64,000 bases of DNA from Desulfobacterales bacterium (GTDB lineage Bacteria; Desulfobacterota; Desulfobacteria; Desulfobacterales; UBA5852). This document shows, one piece after another, positions 50,812 to 60,588 of the stretch. The position numbers and the translations under genes were made by a program. The notes below the pieces were generated by a model, which made no database searches, was not told the DNA's origin, and was given only the letters and a program-made list of their open reading frames with translations. The stretch is from contig CAXXVS010000001.1 of NCBI GenBank assembly GCA_963674755.2, forward strand, positions 384,001 through 448,000. The letters are read 5' to 3'. The first letter of the stretch is position 1; each line of letters begins with the position of its first letter.

Positions 50812-53733
50812 ATGGATACTTCTCCTTCTCGTTTAAACCCTTCTTTCCGATTGGCGATGTGCTTTGCGGCTGCTCTGGCAGCAGTTTGTGCTCTGGTATA
50901 TCTCCTCGCTCCGCCCTTCATGGTTTTGCTTAACAACAAACTAATGGATGCGATTGTGGCCTGCCGCCCGACCGCTGCCAGCGCAGCGCGAGTCGTTATC
51001 GTCGATATCGATGAGATGACCTTGGACCATTATGGCCAATGGCCCTGGCCGCGGTATCGACTGGCGCGCCTATTGGATACGATCGCCAAGCGAGGTGCGG
51101 CTGCCATAGCGCTGGATATTGTGATGGCCGAACCGGATCGTACGTCGCTTAAAGCGCTTCAACAAGCGATCCAAGAGGAATACGGCCATCAGCTGGACAC
51201 CCATTCGTTGCCCCCGACAGCGCTGGACAATGACGCCGTTATGGCTGAAGCGCTTTCCCGCGGCCCTTTTGTATTGGGCTATGTCTTTCTTTTCGACACA
51301 CAACCCAAGGCGCAAGAAGCCTGCCAATTGCATCCCGTCAATCTCCTGCAGATGACCAGACAAGGAGCGAAGCTTGACGGTCAAGACTTCCACCAGGCAA
51401 CGGACGTTGTCTGTAATCTGGAGCGCTTTTCCAAGGCTGTTTCCTATTCGGGATTTTTAAATGGCCTTCCTGATGCGGATGGGATTCTGAGGCGTTGTCC
51501 CCTGATTCTTCGCTATGGTCGGGATTGCTACCCCAGCCTGGCACTGGCCGCCCTGCTGCAGGCGAATCATCAGACGCAACTTTCTTTTCGCCAAACCCCC
51601 GATGGCAGCTTTCAGCTAAACTATGAAAAAAAAAGAATCCCGGTTGACCGGCATGGTTATCTCCACATTTGCTTCCCCTCCGGAGAAGAGACGGTACCGC
51701 ACATATCCGCCTGGGATCTTCTTAGGGACACCCCCTCGGGAGCCGATTTCAGAGACGCCCTCGTCTTTGTAGGCCTCTCCGCATCCGGTCTCAGCACAGT
51801 TTACGTGACGCCTTCCGGCAAACGATTGGCGGATGTCGAAATTCATGCCTATCTTGCCGAGTCCATATTGTCTAACCGGTTTATTTATCGCGACAACACC
51901 GTGTTATATTTTGAGGTGCTGCTTTCAATACTCCTGGCACTGATGTACAGCTATTGCATTGTTCGGTTTGATATGGCGCCTGTCGTCTTGATCGGGGGCG
52001 TGAGTGCCTTCGGTCTTTGGCAGGGATCGAATCTGCTGTTCAAGAACGAAGGAATCCTCGTTTCCCCCCTTCTCCCGATAATAACGATTATCGCCTGTGG
52101 TCTTTTTCTTTCCCTTTATAAATACTGGTCGCGTCAACATCAGGCTTACCAGAGTGTTAAAGAAGCCGTGGTTTTAATGAAGGGAAGCGAACGGCGTTTA
52201 AACTCGATCATCCAGACAATTCCGGATATTATCTTCCGGCTGGATACCTCGGGCCGGATTTCGTTTATCAGCCCTGCTATGGCAAAATACGTTCAAGACC
52301 CTGATCAACTGGTCGGGAAACATATCCTTGAAATCGTGGCGCCTGACGACAGGGAAATGGCCCGCTATCACATCAATGAAAGACGAACCGGCAAGCGGGC
52401 TACCGCAGATATGGAAATGCGTTTGTTGCTGTCCCCTGCGACAGAAGATTCAACAAATGAAGCCCGGTATTTCAGCGTATCCGCCGAGGGAATCTACAGT
52501 AAAGAAGTCCCGGATAAATCTTCGTTTCAAGGCACCCAGGGGGTCGCCCGGGACATCAATCGTCGCAAACAGCTTGAAAATCAACTCGAGCAATCCCGGA
52601 AAATGGAAGCCATCGGGAATCTGGCCGCCGGCGTGGCCCACGACCTGAACAATATTTTGAGCGGGCTGGTGAGCTATCCGGAATTGTTGTTGCTGGAATT
52701 GCCCGAAGACAGCCCCATGTGCAAAAAAATTCAAACCATTCAGCGCTCCGGTCAGCGTGCGGCAGCTATCGTTCAGGATATGCTGACGATTGCGCGGCGG
52801 GGCGTACGCAATTCGGAAGTCATCAATCTGAACGAGATCGTCATCGACTATCTTGGATCCCCTGAAGGCCGGAACGCAATCGATGCGCGGCCGGATATCA
52901 ACCTGGACCAGAACTTGGGCAGCGATATCCTGAATATAAAAGGGTCCCGCGTCCATATCCTCAAAGTGATAATGAATCTCATTAATAACGCTGCGGAAGC
53001 GATGCCTTCCGGAGGACGGGTCGAAATCGCAACCGGCAATCTCTATCTAGATGCTGTTTATGATGCGTATGAGCAAATACCCGAGGGCGAATATGTGCGG
53101 TTACGTATCGATGACGAGGGGGTAGGGATTCCTAATGAGGATGTGCACCGTGTTTTCGAACCCTTTTTTACCAAAAAAAGGATGGGGCAGAGCGGCTCAG
53201 GACTCGGCATGACCGTGGTTTGGACAACCGTCAAGGATCATGGCGGGTTTGTGGACATTCACAGCCAGGAAGGTATCGGAACGCGTTTCGATATATATTT
53301 CCCGGCCACAAGGGAGCTTCCGCAGACAAAGCCGCGCCATGCCGCCCTCGAAGACTACATTGGCAACGAACGCATTCTCGTCGTGGATGATGTCCTGGAA
53401 CAAAGACAGCTTGCCGTTCAGATGCTGGGCAAATTGGGATACGCTGTCACGTCCTTGTCCAGCGGTGAGCAGGCGGTGGCCTACCTGCAAACGCATACGG
53501 TGGATCTTCTCGTTTTGGACATGGTCATGCCGCCTGGCATTGACGGCCTGGAGACCTACCAGAGAATTTGTGAGATCAACCCCCAGCAGAAAGCCATCAT
53601 CGCCAGCGGCTATTCGGAATCTGATCGTGTGAAAGCCCTGCAGGCTTTGGGCGCCGGTGCGTATATCAGAAAACCCTACACCCTGGAAAAAATTGGTATG
53701 GCCGTCCGTCAGGAGTTGGACCGAACGAGGTAG
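50812..53733 (+). CDS. CHASE2-PAS hybrid histidine kinase/response regulator
   Basis: VIVDIDE...GQWPWPR CHASE2; AHDLNN H-box; GSGLG; LDMVMP receiver. Confidence 0.93.
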   Translation: MDTSPSRLNPSFRLAMCFAAALAAVCALVYLLAPPFMVLLNNKLMDAIVACRPTAASAARVVIVDIDEMTLDHYGQWPWPRYRLARLLDTIAKRGAAAIALDIVMAEPDRTSLKALQQAIQEEYGHQLDTHSLPPTALDNDAVMAEALSRGPFVLGYVFLFDTQPKAQEACQLHPVNLLQMTRQGAKLDGQDFHQATDVVCNLERFSKAVSYSGFLNGLPDADGILRRCPLILRYGRDCYPSLALAALLQANHQTQLSFRQTPDGSFQLNYEKKRIPVDRHGYLHICFPSGEETVPHISAWDLLRDTPSGADFRDALVFVGLSASGLSTVYVTPSGKRLADVEIHAYLAESILSNRFIYRDNTVLYFEVLLSILLALMYSYCIVRFDMAPVVLIGGVSAFGLWQGSNLLFKNEGILVSPLLPIITIIACGLFLSLYKYWSRQHQAYQSVKEAVVLMKGSERRLNSIIQTIPDIIFRLDTSGRISFISPAMAKYVQDPDQLVGKHILEIVAPDDREMARYHINERRTGKRATADMEMRLLLSPATEDSTNEARYFSVSAEGIYSKEVPDKSSFQGTQGVARDINRRKQLENQLEQSRKMEAIGNLAAGVAHDLNNILSGLVSYPELLLLELPEDSPMCKKIQTIQRSGQRAAAIVQDMLTIARRGVRNSEVINLNEIVIDYLGSPEGRNAIDARPDINLDQNLGSDILNIKGSRVHILKVIMNLINNAAEAMPSGGRVEIATGNLYLDAVYDAYEQIPEGEYVRLRIDDEGVGIPNEDVHRVFEPFFTKKRMGQSGSGLGMTVVWTTVKDHGGFVDIHSQEGIGTRFDIYFPATRELPQTKPRHAALEDYIGNERILVVDDVLEQRQLAVQMLGKLGYAVTSLSSGEQAVAYLQTHTVDLLVLDMVMPPGIDGLETYQRICEINPQQKAIIASGYSESDRVKALQALGAGAYIRKPYTLEKIGMAVRQELDRTR

Positions 53734-54399
53734 GGAAACTCCTTTTTTTTAGCGATCGTGACATCCGACCGCTGAAACTTGCCCTTGAACATGTTCTGCA
53801 TAAAGCAGAACTTATGACAGGATCTCGGCTATGTTCGAGAGGTTTCAGGTGGCGGCGACGGTTCGCTTTGCGCTCCGGTCGGCAGGTCCCTTGCGGCGGA
53901 GGGGTTCAATTCAGAGCCCCGGCGTGTTGAATAGCAGATGATGGTCGGAGGCGGTTCCCGCATGCTGTTATGAAACTTGGGAAACGGGGACGACATCCAC
54001 GGTTGTGCCTGAAGCCTTAAATTAATTTATTGGGGCGCGATTGAAGTGTTAAGTGACTTTGCAAGTCCGGGCAGGGCTATTTCTCCAAAGAAGCGCTGAC
54101 GTCTTCTGCCCATCGGGAAATTCTGTTCCTTATCGAATAGTTAAGCCCTTAGAGAGGTGTTTTTCTTATCCATGAAAGCCGCTGCCTTCCTGTATGCAAT
54201 TGTGCATCTGAAAATGAAAAAATAGATAACATCTTCCCCTTAAACCCTGCGCGTGTTTCATGCCCTTGCGGTACGGAATACTTCTTGACTTCAATAGACA
54301 AACACCCTATATCCTGCGCGTCCTTGACAAACATCGTGAGTATTACCACCTTGCAGTCTGGATTAATTTTACATTTTATCGTGAAGAGGAGAAGAACAA

Positions 54400-54669
54400 A
54401 TGAATAAGGCTGATCTGGTCAATGCGGTAGCCGAAGTCGTTTCTACTAAAAAGGAAGCTCAGGAAGCGGTGGATTGTGTTTTCGAAACCATCAAGAAGGC
54501 GCTCAAGAAGAAGGACACGGTCCAGATTGTCGGCTTTGGCAGCTTCAAGGTCAACGATCGCGCTGCCCGCAAAGGCCGCAATCCGCAAACAGGTGCCGAA
54601 ATCAAGATTGCGGCGCGGAAGGTGCCCAAGTTTGTTCCCGGTAAAGGTTTGAAGGATGCCGTGAACTAG
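54400..54669 (+). CDS. hup: HU family DNA-binding protein
   Basis: MNKADL...GFGSF...RKGRNPQTG...PKFVPGK. Confidence 0.95.
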   Translation: MNKADLVNAVAEVVSTKKEAQEAVDCVFETIKKALKKKDTVQIVGFGSFKVNDRAARKGRNPQTGAEIKIAARKVPKFVPGKGLKDAVN

Positions 54670-54944
54670 ATGGATTGGGTCCTGCCATTGCTGTTATCCC
54701 AATTCTGATATCGATCGCTGTCTTTGGTTCTGCAGCGATCGATACCTTCCTGAAGTGCCCCTGCCCCCCCTTTTCAGATCCTGCCGCTTACGTCCGGTTT
54801 TGGCCCAAGCCCTTCCTCCGGGCTTGGGGAAAACCTTCCTTAATGCGATGCTAATGTGGTATAGGATGCCGTCAATAGGATCTTGCATATCAGGATACGT
54901 TATCCTGCGCGAAGAGAGATTGCCTAAGCATTAGGAGGACCGTC

Positions 54945-55328
54945 ATGCCCCCCAAACAGATGCCTGACGCCATTGCCCGCCGGGAGCGCCTGGTTGCCGA
55001 AACCCGCCGTAGCCGAGAATTGCGTGAGAAGACTTACCGTGAGCAGGCGCTTAAACTGTTTCCCTGGGTCTGCGCCCGTTGCGGCCGGGAATTCAGCGGC
55101 CAAAAGCTGCGCGAGTTGACAGTTCACCACAAAGATCATAACCATGACAACAACCCGCCCGACGGGAGTAATTGGGAGCTGCTGTGCATTTACTGCCATG
55201 ACAACGAACATGCCCGCTACAAAACCGCCGAGGCCTATGATGACGCCCAACCGGGAGAATCCCGGGAGATGTCTTCCGGGTTTCGACCCTTTGCGGGCCT
55301 GGATGCCCTGCTGAAGAAGAAACCGTAA
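54945..55328 (+). CDS. yajD: YajD-family HNH nuclease
   Basis: YREQALKLFPWVCARC...HHKDHNHDNNP.DGSNWELLCIYCHDNEH. Confidence 0.9.
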   Translation: MPPKQMPDAIARRERLVAETRRSRELREKTYREQALKLFPWVCARCGREFSGQKLRELTVHHKDHNHDNNPPDGSNWELLCIYCHDNEHARYKTAEAYDDAQPGESREMSSGFRPFAGLDALLKKKP

Positions 55329-55331
55329 GCC

Positions 55332-55598
55332 GTGGAGGAGCTTCGCCAGGCCATACGATCCCTGATCCGCCGGATGGAGCTGGCGCCCACCCCTGCCGGC
55401 AGCGTTGAGGCGCTGACCCTCGACCGGCTGCACGGGCTGTATGCCGCTGCCGAACGGGCGCAACAGGCCGGCGAGCTTGGGCTCCTCTTTGGGGAGCTGC
55501 GGCAGTTCTGGCTGGATTCGATCGGCTGGTGCTCGCAGCTCTCCAAGGATATCGAAAGACTGGTCATACTGCACGATGAACTGAGCGCCGACGGTTGA
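55332..55598 (+). CDS. Hypothetical helical protein
   Basis: GTG start directly after yajD; plausible codon usage. Confidence 0.6.
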   Translation: MEELRQAIRSLIRRMELAPTPAGSVEALTLDRLHGLYAAAERAQQAGELGLLFGELRQFWLDSIGWCSQLSKDIERLVILHDELSADG

Positions 55599-55622
55599 TC
55601 AAATGATTCGGAGCGCTTTGGA

Positions 55623-56336
55623 GTGGAAGGCGTGAAGCGGTCTCTTAAGGTCTGTCTCTATCGCCATGTGATCCCCTTTGGGGGGGGGATGCTCGTGAAG
55701 GCCCTGGCGGCCACCTACCGGATTCGCATTATTGGCATAGAGAACGAACAACGGGCGCTCAAAAACCACCGAAACCTCATTTACGCCAGCTGGCATCAGC
55801 GGTTTTTCCCCGGCATTGCCCTCTTTTGCGATCGCAACCCCATCGCCATCATGATCAGCCAGAGCCGGGACGGCGAGCTGATCGCGCGGGTCGTCGCAAA
55901 GTTCGGGTGGGAGCCCGTGCGGGGGTCGTCCACCCGGGGTGGTGTGGCCGCCTTGCGCAGGCTCAGATCCCTGGCATCCAAAGGGTATAACTTTGCGCAT
56001 ATCGTCGATGGCCCCAAGGGACCTTTCGGGGCGGTGAAGCCGGGCCTGCTGCACCTCGCGCGCATGGTGGACAAACCCATCGTTCCGGTGATCACTTCCG
56101 CCGAAAATCGATGGGTTTTCAACAGCTGGGATCGCTTTATGGTGCCCAAACCCTTTTCCAGGATTCTGGTCCGGTTTGGCGACCCTGTCCATGTTCCGCC
56201 GAAAATCGATTCGGCCAGCTTTGAACAGAAGCGGCGGCAGTTGGAAGAGCGTCTCAAGGCGCTCTACCAGGAGACGGACCGGATATGGGACGATCCCGAA
56301 CGGCTGGCCGCCGTTTTTACAAGGCAGGCCGACTGA
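55623..56336 (+). CDS. DUF374 / lysophospholipid acyltransferase-like protein
   Basis: WH, ISQSRDGE, RGSSTRGG, DGPKGP, SWDRF..PKPF. Confidence 0.88.
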   Translation: MEGVKRSLKVCLYRHVIPFGGGMLVKALAATYRIRIIGIENEQRALKNHRNLIYASWHQRFFPGIALFCDRNPIAIMISQSRDGELIARVVAKFGWEPVRGSSTRGGVAALRRLRSLASKGYNFAHIVDGPKGPFGAVKPGLLHLARMVDKPIVPVITSAENRWVFNSWDRFMVPKPFSRILVRFGDPVHVPPKIDSASFEQKRRQLEERLKALYQETDRIWDDPERLAAVFTRQAD

Positions 56337-56499
56337 TCGCTGGAGCGGCTGATCGATAGCGCAGCAGCCGTGAGCGCCGATGCTGCATCATTCATTCTGC
56401 CGTATAGGCCTTGCCTGCGACCATCGTTTATCCTTTTCGAAAATTCATTTTTTCGTTACAGTCAAAAACCAATCGCATTTCATTTTTCCGGGAGCAGGT

Positions 56500-56790
56500 A
56501 TGGGGTCGATGATGCAATTTCCTGACTTTTCCAACAAGATTATCCTCGTTTATCTCATGGGGCGTTCGCCGGACGATGGCGTCCTGCTGGAGCACGCAGT
56601 GTTTGAGATCCAGGGGGGGCGACCCTTTATCATCGGCGAATTCGCCGAAGGCGCTTCGGCCAACGACTGGGTGGCCGGGGTCTGTACGGCGATTGCCTGG
56701 GATACAGTGCAACAGTATTTTGTGTTTGACTCCATGGAAGACTACATGGCCCGCGCTTCCCAGGCTTATCATGCCGAACAGTTCCACTGA
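56500..56790 (+). CDS. Hypothetical protein
   Basis: Short ORF with RBS; acidic and globular-looking. Confidence 0.55.
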   Translation: MGSMMQFPDFSNKIILVYLMGRSPDDGVLLEHAVFEIQGGRPFIIGEFAEGASANDWVAGVCTAIAWDTVQQYFVFDSMEDYMARASQAYHAEQFH

Positions 56791-56934
56791 AGCCAGCCGC
56801 CGGTTTTATAGCTAAGGCCGTCAGCGTTTTCGGCTTGTTTGTTATGACCGCAAGTTAGGCCTTCACTTCGATCTGCCTCGACATCGCCTATTTTGCCCTC
56901 TGGAATGATACTACGCTGTTCGCTTGGGGCAAGT

Positions 56935-57260
56935 AACTCCCTTCTATCCATTGGCAACGACCAGTGGGAAACCGGTCGCCAGGTGGCTGAAAACGCCAGA
57001 CCCTTCATGAATGAACACAGCTTCGGGCACTTTATGCACGGCGAGCGCTATTTGAAATCCCCCGCGTGCGCATACGTTTCATCCGTTGGCTGCCCATCAC
57101 CGACATCCCTGCCTCCTGTGTGGTCTTAAAGCCCCTGGCCGACGTTAATGACACCGCTTGTCAGGTGGCGACTTTTTCCGCCGATCCGGATCAACTTTCG
57201 GCCCCGGTCATCCTGGCCAACTATGGGCGGGAAACCAACGAGGAGGTCAACTGGAGGGAT
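56935..57260 (+). pseudogene. Fragment of a DUF169-like gene with a frameshift
   Basis: LSIGN..WETGR.VAE...HGERYLKSP, then in a shifted frame LPITDIPA..VVLKPL...DPDQLSA.V.LANYGRETNE. Confidence 0.55.
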
Positions 57261-57356
57261 TTGTTTTTGGGAATGGTTGATGTGGGGGAGAATTTGGTGG
57301 AGGGAAAACCCCGATAATAGGCAGGTTGATAGGTCAACGATAGGGCAGTTATTGGG

Positions 57357-57397
57357 ACTAAACCAAAGTGGAGCAATTTGCCCCGCTTTGGTTTAGT
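57357..57397. terminator. Hairpin downstream of the PEP-CTERM gene
   Basis: ACTAAACCAAAGTGG...CCGCTTTGGTTTAGT stem. Confidence 0.65.
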
Positions 57398-57414
57398 GCC
57401 TCAAGGGGGAGTAT

Positions 57415-57990
57415 TTAGGACTTGATCTTCTTGCGACCGATACCGGCCAGGCCAACAAGGCCCAATCCCATTAGCACAATTGTGCCTGGCTCTGGGACGG
57501 GAGCGGCACCGCCATAAAGAGTCACGTGTGATATGGCCCCCGTGTTTGGCCAGAAACCTGACAGCGATAGGGTTTCCATTCCATCCCAGTTTAAACCGCT
57601 TTCCGTCAGGTCAAAAAGATACCACCATGGATTCGTATTCCCGTCTTTTACTAGTAGGTATGCGTTAGTAATAATTGCCCCACCAGTATATTCGATTGTC
57701 GCTCCACTAGGATCAGTGGCGGTGTTGTTGAAGGTGGTGTTATAGCTACCTGCCAAAAATCCTGACTCTATATTTGGAGAAAAATCCTCTTTGTAGAGCT
57801 CAACAAGATCAGGTTCAAAACGTGCGTCAAGCGCTGCAGCAATAGCTGATTGACTATTCTCAACGTAGGGCGTGAAAGAAGTCCCATTTAAAAGTGCATC
57901 ATTAGGCACTATGTCAAGAGCGTACGCTTGGCCTACAGTTAGCAATAAAGCGCATAAAAAAGTTAAAAAACAATTTTTTTTCATAAGCAT
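57415..57990 (-). CDS. PEP-CTERM sorting-domain surface protein
   Basis: Signal peptide; C-terminal VPEPGT + TM helix + RKK; markedly AT-rich. Confidence 0.92.
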   Translation of the reverse strand: MLMKKNCFLTFLCALLLTVGQAYALDIVPNDALLNGTSFTPYVENSQSAIAAALDARFEPDLVELYKEDFSPNIESGFLAGSYNTTFNNTATDPSGATIEYTGGAIITNAYLLVKDGNTNPWWYLFDLTESGLNWDGMETLSLSGFWPNTGAISHVTLYGGAAPVPEPGTIVLMGLGLVGLAGIGRKKIKS

Positions 57991-58047
57991 TCCTTCCTAT
58001 TGTCTAAAAGTCTTTGAATTTCGCCTTTTCCGAAAAAAAGTCGGGTG

Positions 58048-58130
58048 ACTTGTTTGAGCAACCCGGCTGTCTGACATGAGATCCGTGGCTTTCCGTCCCT
58101 GTTTCACAACAGGTTTGGCTTTTTCAAGTA
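58048..58130 (-). ncRNA. Cyclic di-GMP-I (GEMM-I) riboswitch
   Basis: GCCAAACC...GGGACGGAAAGCCACGG...GACAGCCGGGTTGC; P1 ACTTG/CAAGT. Confidence 0.88.
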
Positions 58131-58141
58131 AGCAGGTATTA

Positions 58142-58157
58142 AGCAAGATATGGGCCA
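58142..58157 (-). promoter_or_regulatory. Sigma54 (-24/-12) promoter
   Basis: TGGCCC-ATATC-TTGCT with exact spacing; predicted start site coincides with the riboswitch 5' end. Confidence 0.75.
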
Positions 58158-58474
58158 ATAATTCGATGCCCGATTTGTCGAATGATGTTAAGAAGTCGAT
58201 GAACCCTATTCAAAATTGTAGGAAAAATAATTCTCAATCCTAACGATAAAATGGGAAGTGGTTTGCCGTATTGGGTTCTTAACTTACCAAAATACCAGGC
58301 ATAAAAAACCACCCGAGCACCGTGGCTTATGCTATCGTTCTCTGAATCCGGCAGTTGAAATCGGCGATGCCCTGGCGTATTGTTGCAGACACTCATAGGA
58401 TCAGAAAAACATGGTAAACGCGGTCTCCGCGCAATCGGGAGAAGGTCGACAGACCGCCGATCGAATGAGGGAAT

Positions 58475-58963
58475 ATGCCATCCCATCGGGTGGAAAACAT
58501 GCCGGAAATCGAGCGCCTTTTTGAAGCGGCGCCTTTTATCCGCGACCTGGGCATGGAATTGGCGGCCATTGCGCCGGGGCGTTGCGAGACAGCGCTTGCG
58601 CTGACCGAGCGCCACCTGCAACAGGATGGTGTGGTGCATGCCGGAGTGCTGGCCACCATGGCTGACCACACCTCGGGCACGGCCGGCGCCTCGATCATCG
58701 GGGCGGATGAATACGTGCTAACGGCGGAGTTCAAGATCAATCTGCTGCGGGCGGCGCGGGGTGAGCGTCTGCATTGCATCGGCACCGTTTTAAAGCCGGG
58801 GCGCCGTCTGATCATCGCCGAATCGGAAGTGTTCGACGGTGATCCCCGGCAGGGCCAGGGCCGCCTGGTGGCCAAGGCCATCGTTACCCTGGCGGTGATG
58901 ACCAAACCGGCGAAGGCGCAACCCGGTCGGGAGACCGCCCCCGCATCCACCAAAAAGGAATAG
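58475..58963 (+). CDS. PaaI-family thioesterase
   Basis: HLQQDGVVHAGV..TMAD; EFKINLLR. Confidence 0.9.
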   Translation: MPSHRVENMPEIERLFEAAPFIRDLGMELAAIAPGRCETALALTERHLQQDGVVHAGVLATMADHTSGTAGASIIGADEYVLTAEFKINLLRAARGERLHCIGTVLKPGRRLIIAESEVFDGDPRQGQGRLVAKAIVTLAVMTKPAKAQPGRETAPASTKKE

Positions 58964-58966
58964 TCG

Positions 58967-60529
58967 ATGAATCGCCAAGACATGCTGGACCGTATTGAGT
59001 CCGAGCGGCTGCATTGGGATATGGTTGTGATCGGGGGCGGCGCCACCGGTCTGGGGGTCGCCATCGATGCGGCTTCGCGGGGCTACAGCACCCTGTTGCT
59101 GGAGCAGCGCGATTTTGCCCAGGGGACCTCCAGCCGCAGCACCAAGCTGGTCCATGGCGGGGTGCGCTACCTCCAGCAGGGCAATGTCTCCCTGGTGCTG
59201 GAAGCCCTCAAAGAGCGCGGCCTGCTGCGGCGCAACGCGCCGCATCTGGTGCACAACCTGGCTTTTGTGGTGCCCAACTACGACTGGTGGGAGGGGCCTT
59301 TTTACGGGGTTGGACTGCGCCTTTATGATCTTCTGGCCGGTAAACACGGTTTCGGCCCTTCCAAGAACATTTCGCTCGAAAAGACCCTCTACTATATTCC
59401 CACCATCGAAACCGAGGGCTTGCGGGGCGGGGTGATCTACTATGACGGCCAGTTCGACGATGCCCGCCTGGCCGTCAACATGGCCCAGACCGCCGTGGAT
59501 CAGGGGGCGGTCGTTGTGAACTACATGGCCGTAACGGGCCTCGTCAAATCCGGCGATTTCGTGCGGGGTGTCCGGGCGGTGGACGGCGAAAGCGGTCGGG
59601 AATATGAAATCAAGGCCCGGGCGGTGATCAACGCCACGGGGGTTTTCGCCGACCGGATTCGTCGCATGGATACGCCCGAGGCCCCGCCCATGATCGCCCC
59701 CAGCCAGGGCGTGCACATCGTGCTGGACCGCTCCTTCCTGCCGGGCAAGGGGGCTGTCATGGTGCCCCACACCCAGGATGGGCGCGTTCTTTTTGCAACC
59801 CCCTGGCATGACCGGGTGATTGTGGGCACGACCGACACCCCGGTCGCGGAAACGCCTCTCGAACCGATTCCCATGCAGGAAGAGCTGGATTTCCTGCTGA
59901 CACACGCGGCCCAGTACCTCACTAAAGACCCGGCGCCGGAGGATGTGCTCAGCATGTTCGCCGGGCTGCGGCCGCTGGTGAGTATGGGCAAGGAGGAAAA
60001 CACGGCAGCCATCAGCCGCGACCACACCATCCATATCTCCGGCGCGGGTCTGGTCACCATTACGGGAGGCAAATGGACCACCTACCGCAAAATGGCGGAA
60101 GATACCGTGGACCAGGCGGCTGTCCTGGCGCAGCTTGACGAGCGGCCCTGCACCACCAAGGATCTCAACATCCACGGCTACCACCGCAATGCCACGCAGT
60201 TCGGCGATTTGGCGGTCTACGGCGCGGACGCCCGGGCCATCAAGGGTCTCCAGCGCAGCGATCCGGCTTACAGTGAGAGACTGCATGCCCGGCTGACGCC
60301 CACCGCCGCCGAGGTGGTGTGGGCCGTGCGGCACGAGATGGCGCGCACAGTGGAAGACTTTCTTTCCCGGCGGACCCGTTCCCTGCTGCTGGATGCCCGG
60401 GCCAGTATCGAGATGGCACCGCGCGTGGCGGCCGTGATGGCCGTCGAGCTGGGATATGATGCGGACTGGCAGGCGGCGCAGGTGGCGGCTTATACGACCC
60501 TGGCCCGTCAATACCTGATGGTCCCCTGA
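58967..60529 (+). CDS. glpD: FAD-dependent glycerol-3-phosphate dehydrogenase
   Basis: IGGGATG, GTSSRSTKLVHGGVRYL, GGKWTTYRKMAE. Confidence 0.9.
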   Translation: MNRQDMLDRIESERLHWDMVVIGGGATGLGVAIDAASRGYSTLLLEQRDFAQGTSSRSTKLVHGGVRYLQQGNVSLVLEALKERGLLRRNAPHLVHNLAFVVPNYDWWEGPFYGVGLRLYDLLAGKHGFGPSKNISLEKTLYYIPTIETEGLRGGVIYYDGQFDDARLAVNMAQTAVDQGAVVVNYMAVTGLVKSGDFVRGVRAVDGESGREYEIKARAVINATGVFADRIRRMDTPEAPPMIAPSQGVHIVLDRSFLPGKGAVMVPHTQDGRVLFATPWHDRVIVGTTDTPVAETPLEPIPMQEELDFLLTHAAQYLTKDPAPEDVLSMFAGLRPLVSMGKEENTAAISRDHTIHISGAGLVTITGGKWTTYRKMAEDTVDQAAVLAQLDERPCTTKDLNIHGYHRNATQFGDLAVYGADARAIKGLQRSDPAYSERLHARLTPTAAEVVWAVRHEMARTVEDFLSRRTRSLLLDARASIEMAPRVAAVMAVELGYDADWQAAQVAAYTTLARQYLMVP

Positions 60530-60588
60530 GGGGGCCATGGGAAAGGCGGTTCAGCGTCCCGGGATGACTGGCCCCCTTCAAGGGAGAA

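Noticed and set aside
58048..58130. c-AMP-GMP-specific (GEMM-Ib) riboswitch
   Set aside because: The specificity position appears to be G rather than A by manual alignment, so c-di-GMP is favoured
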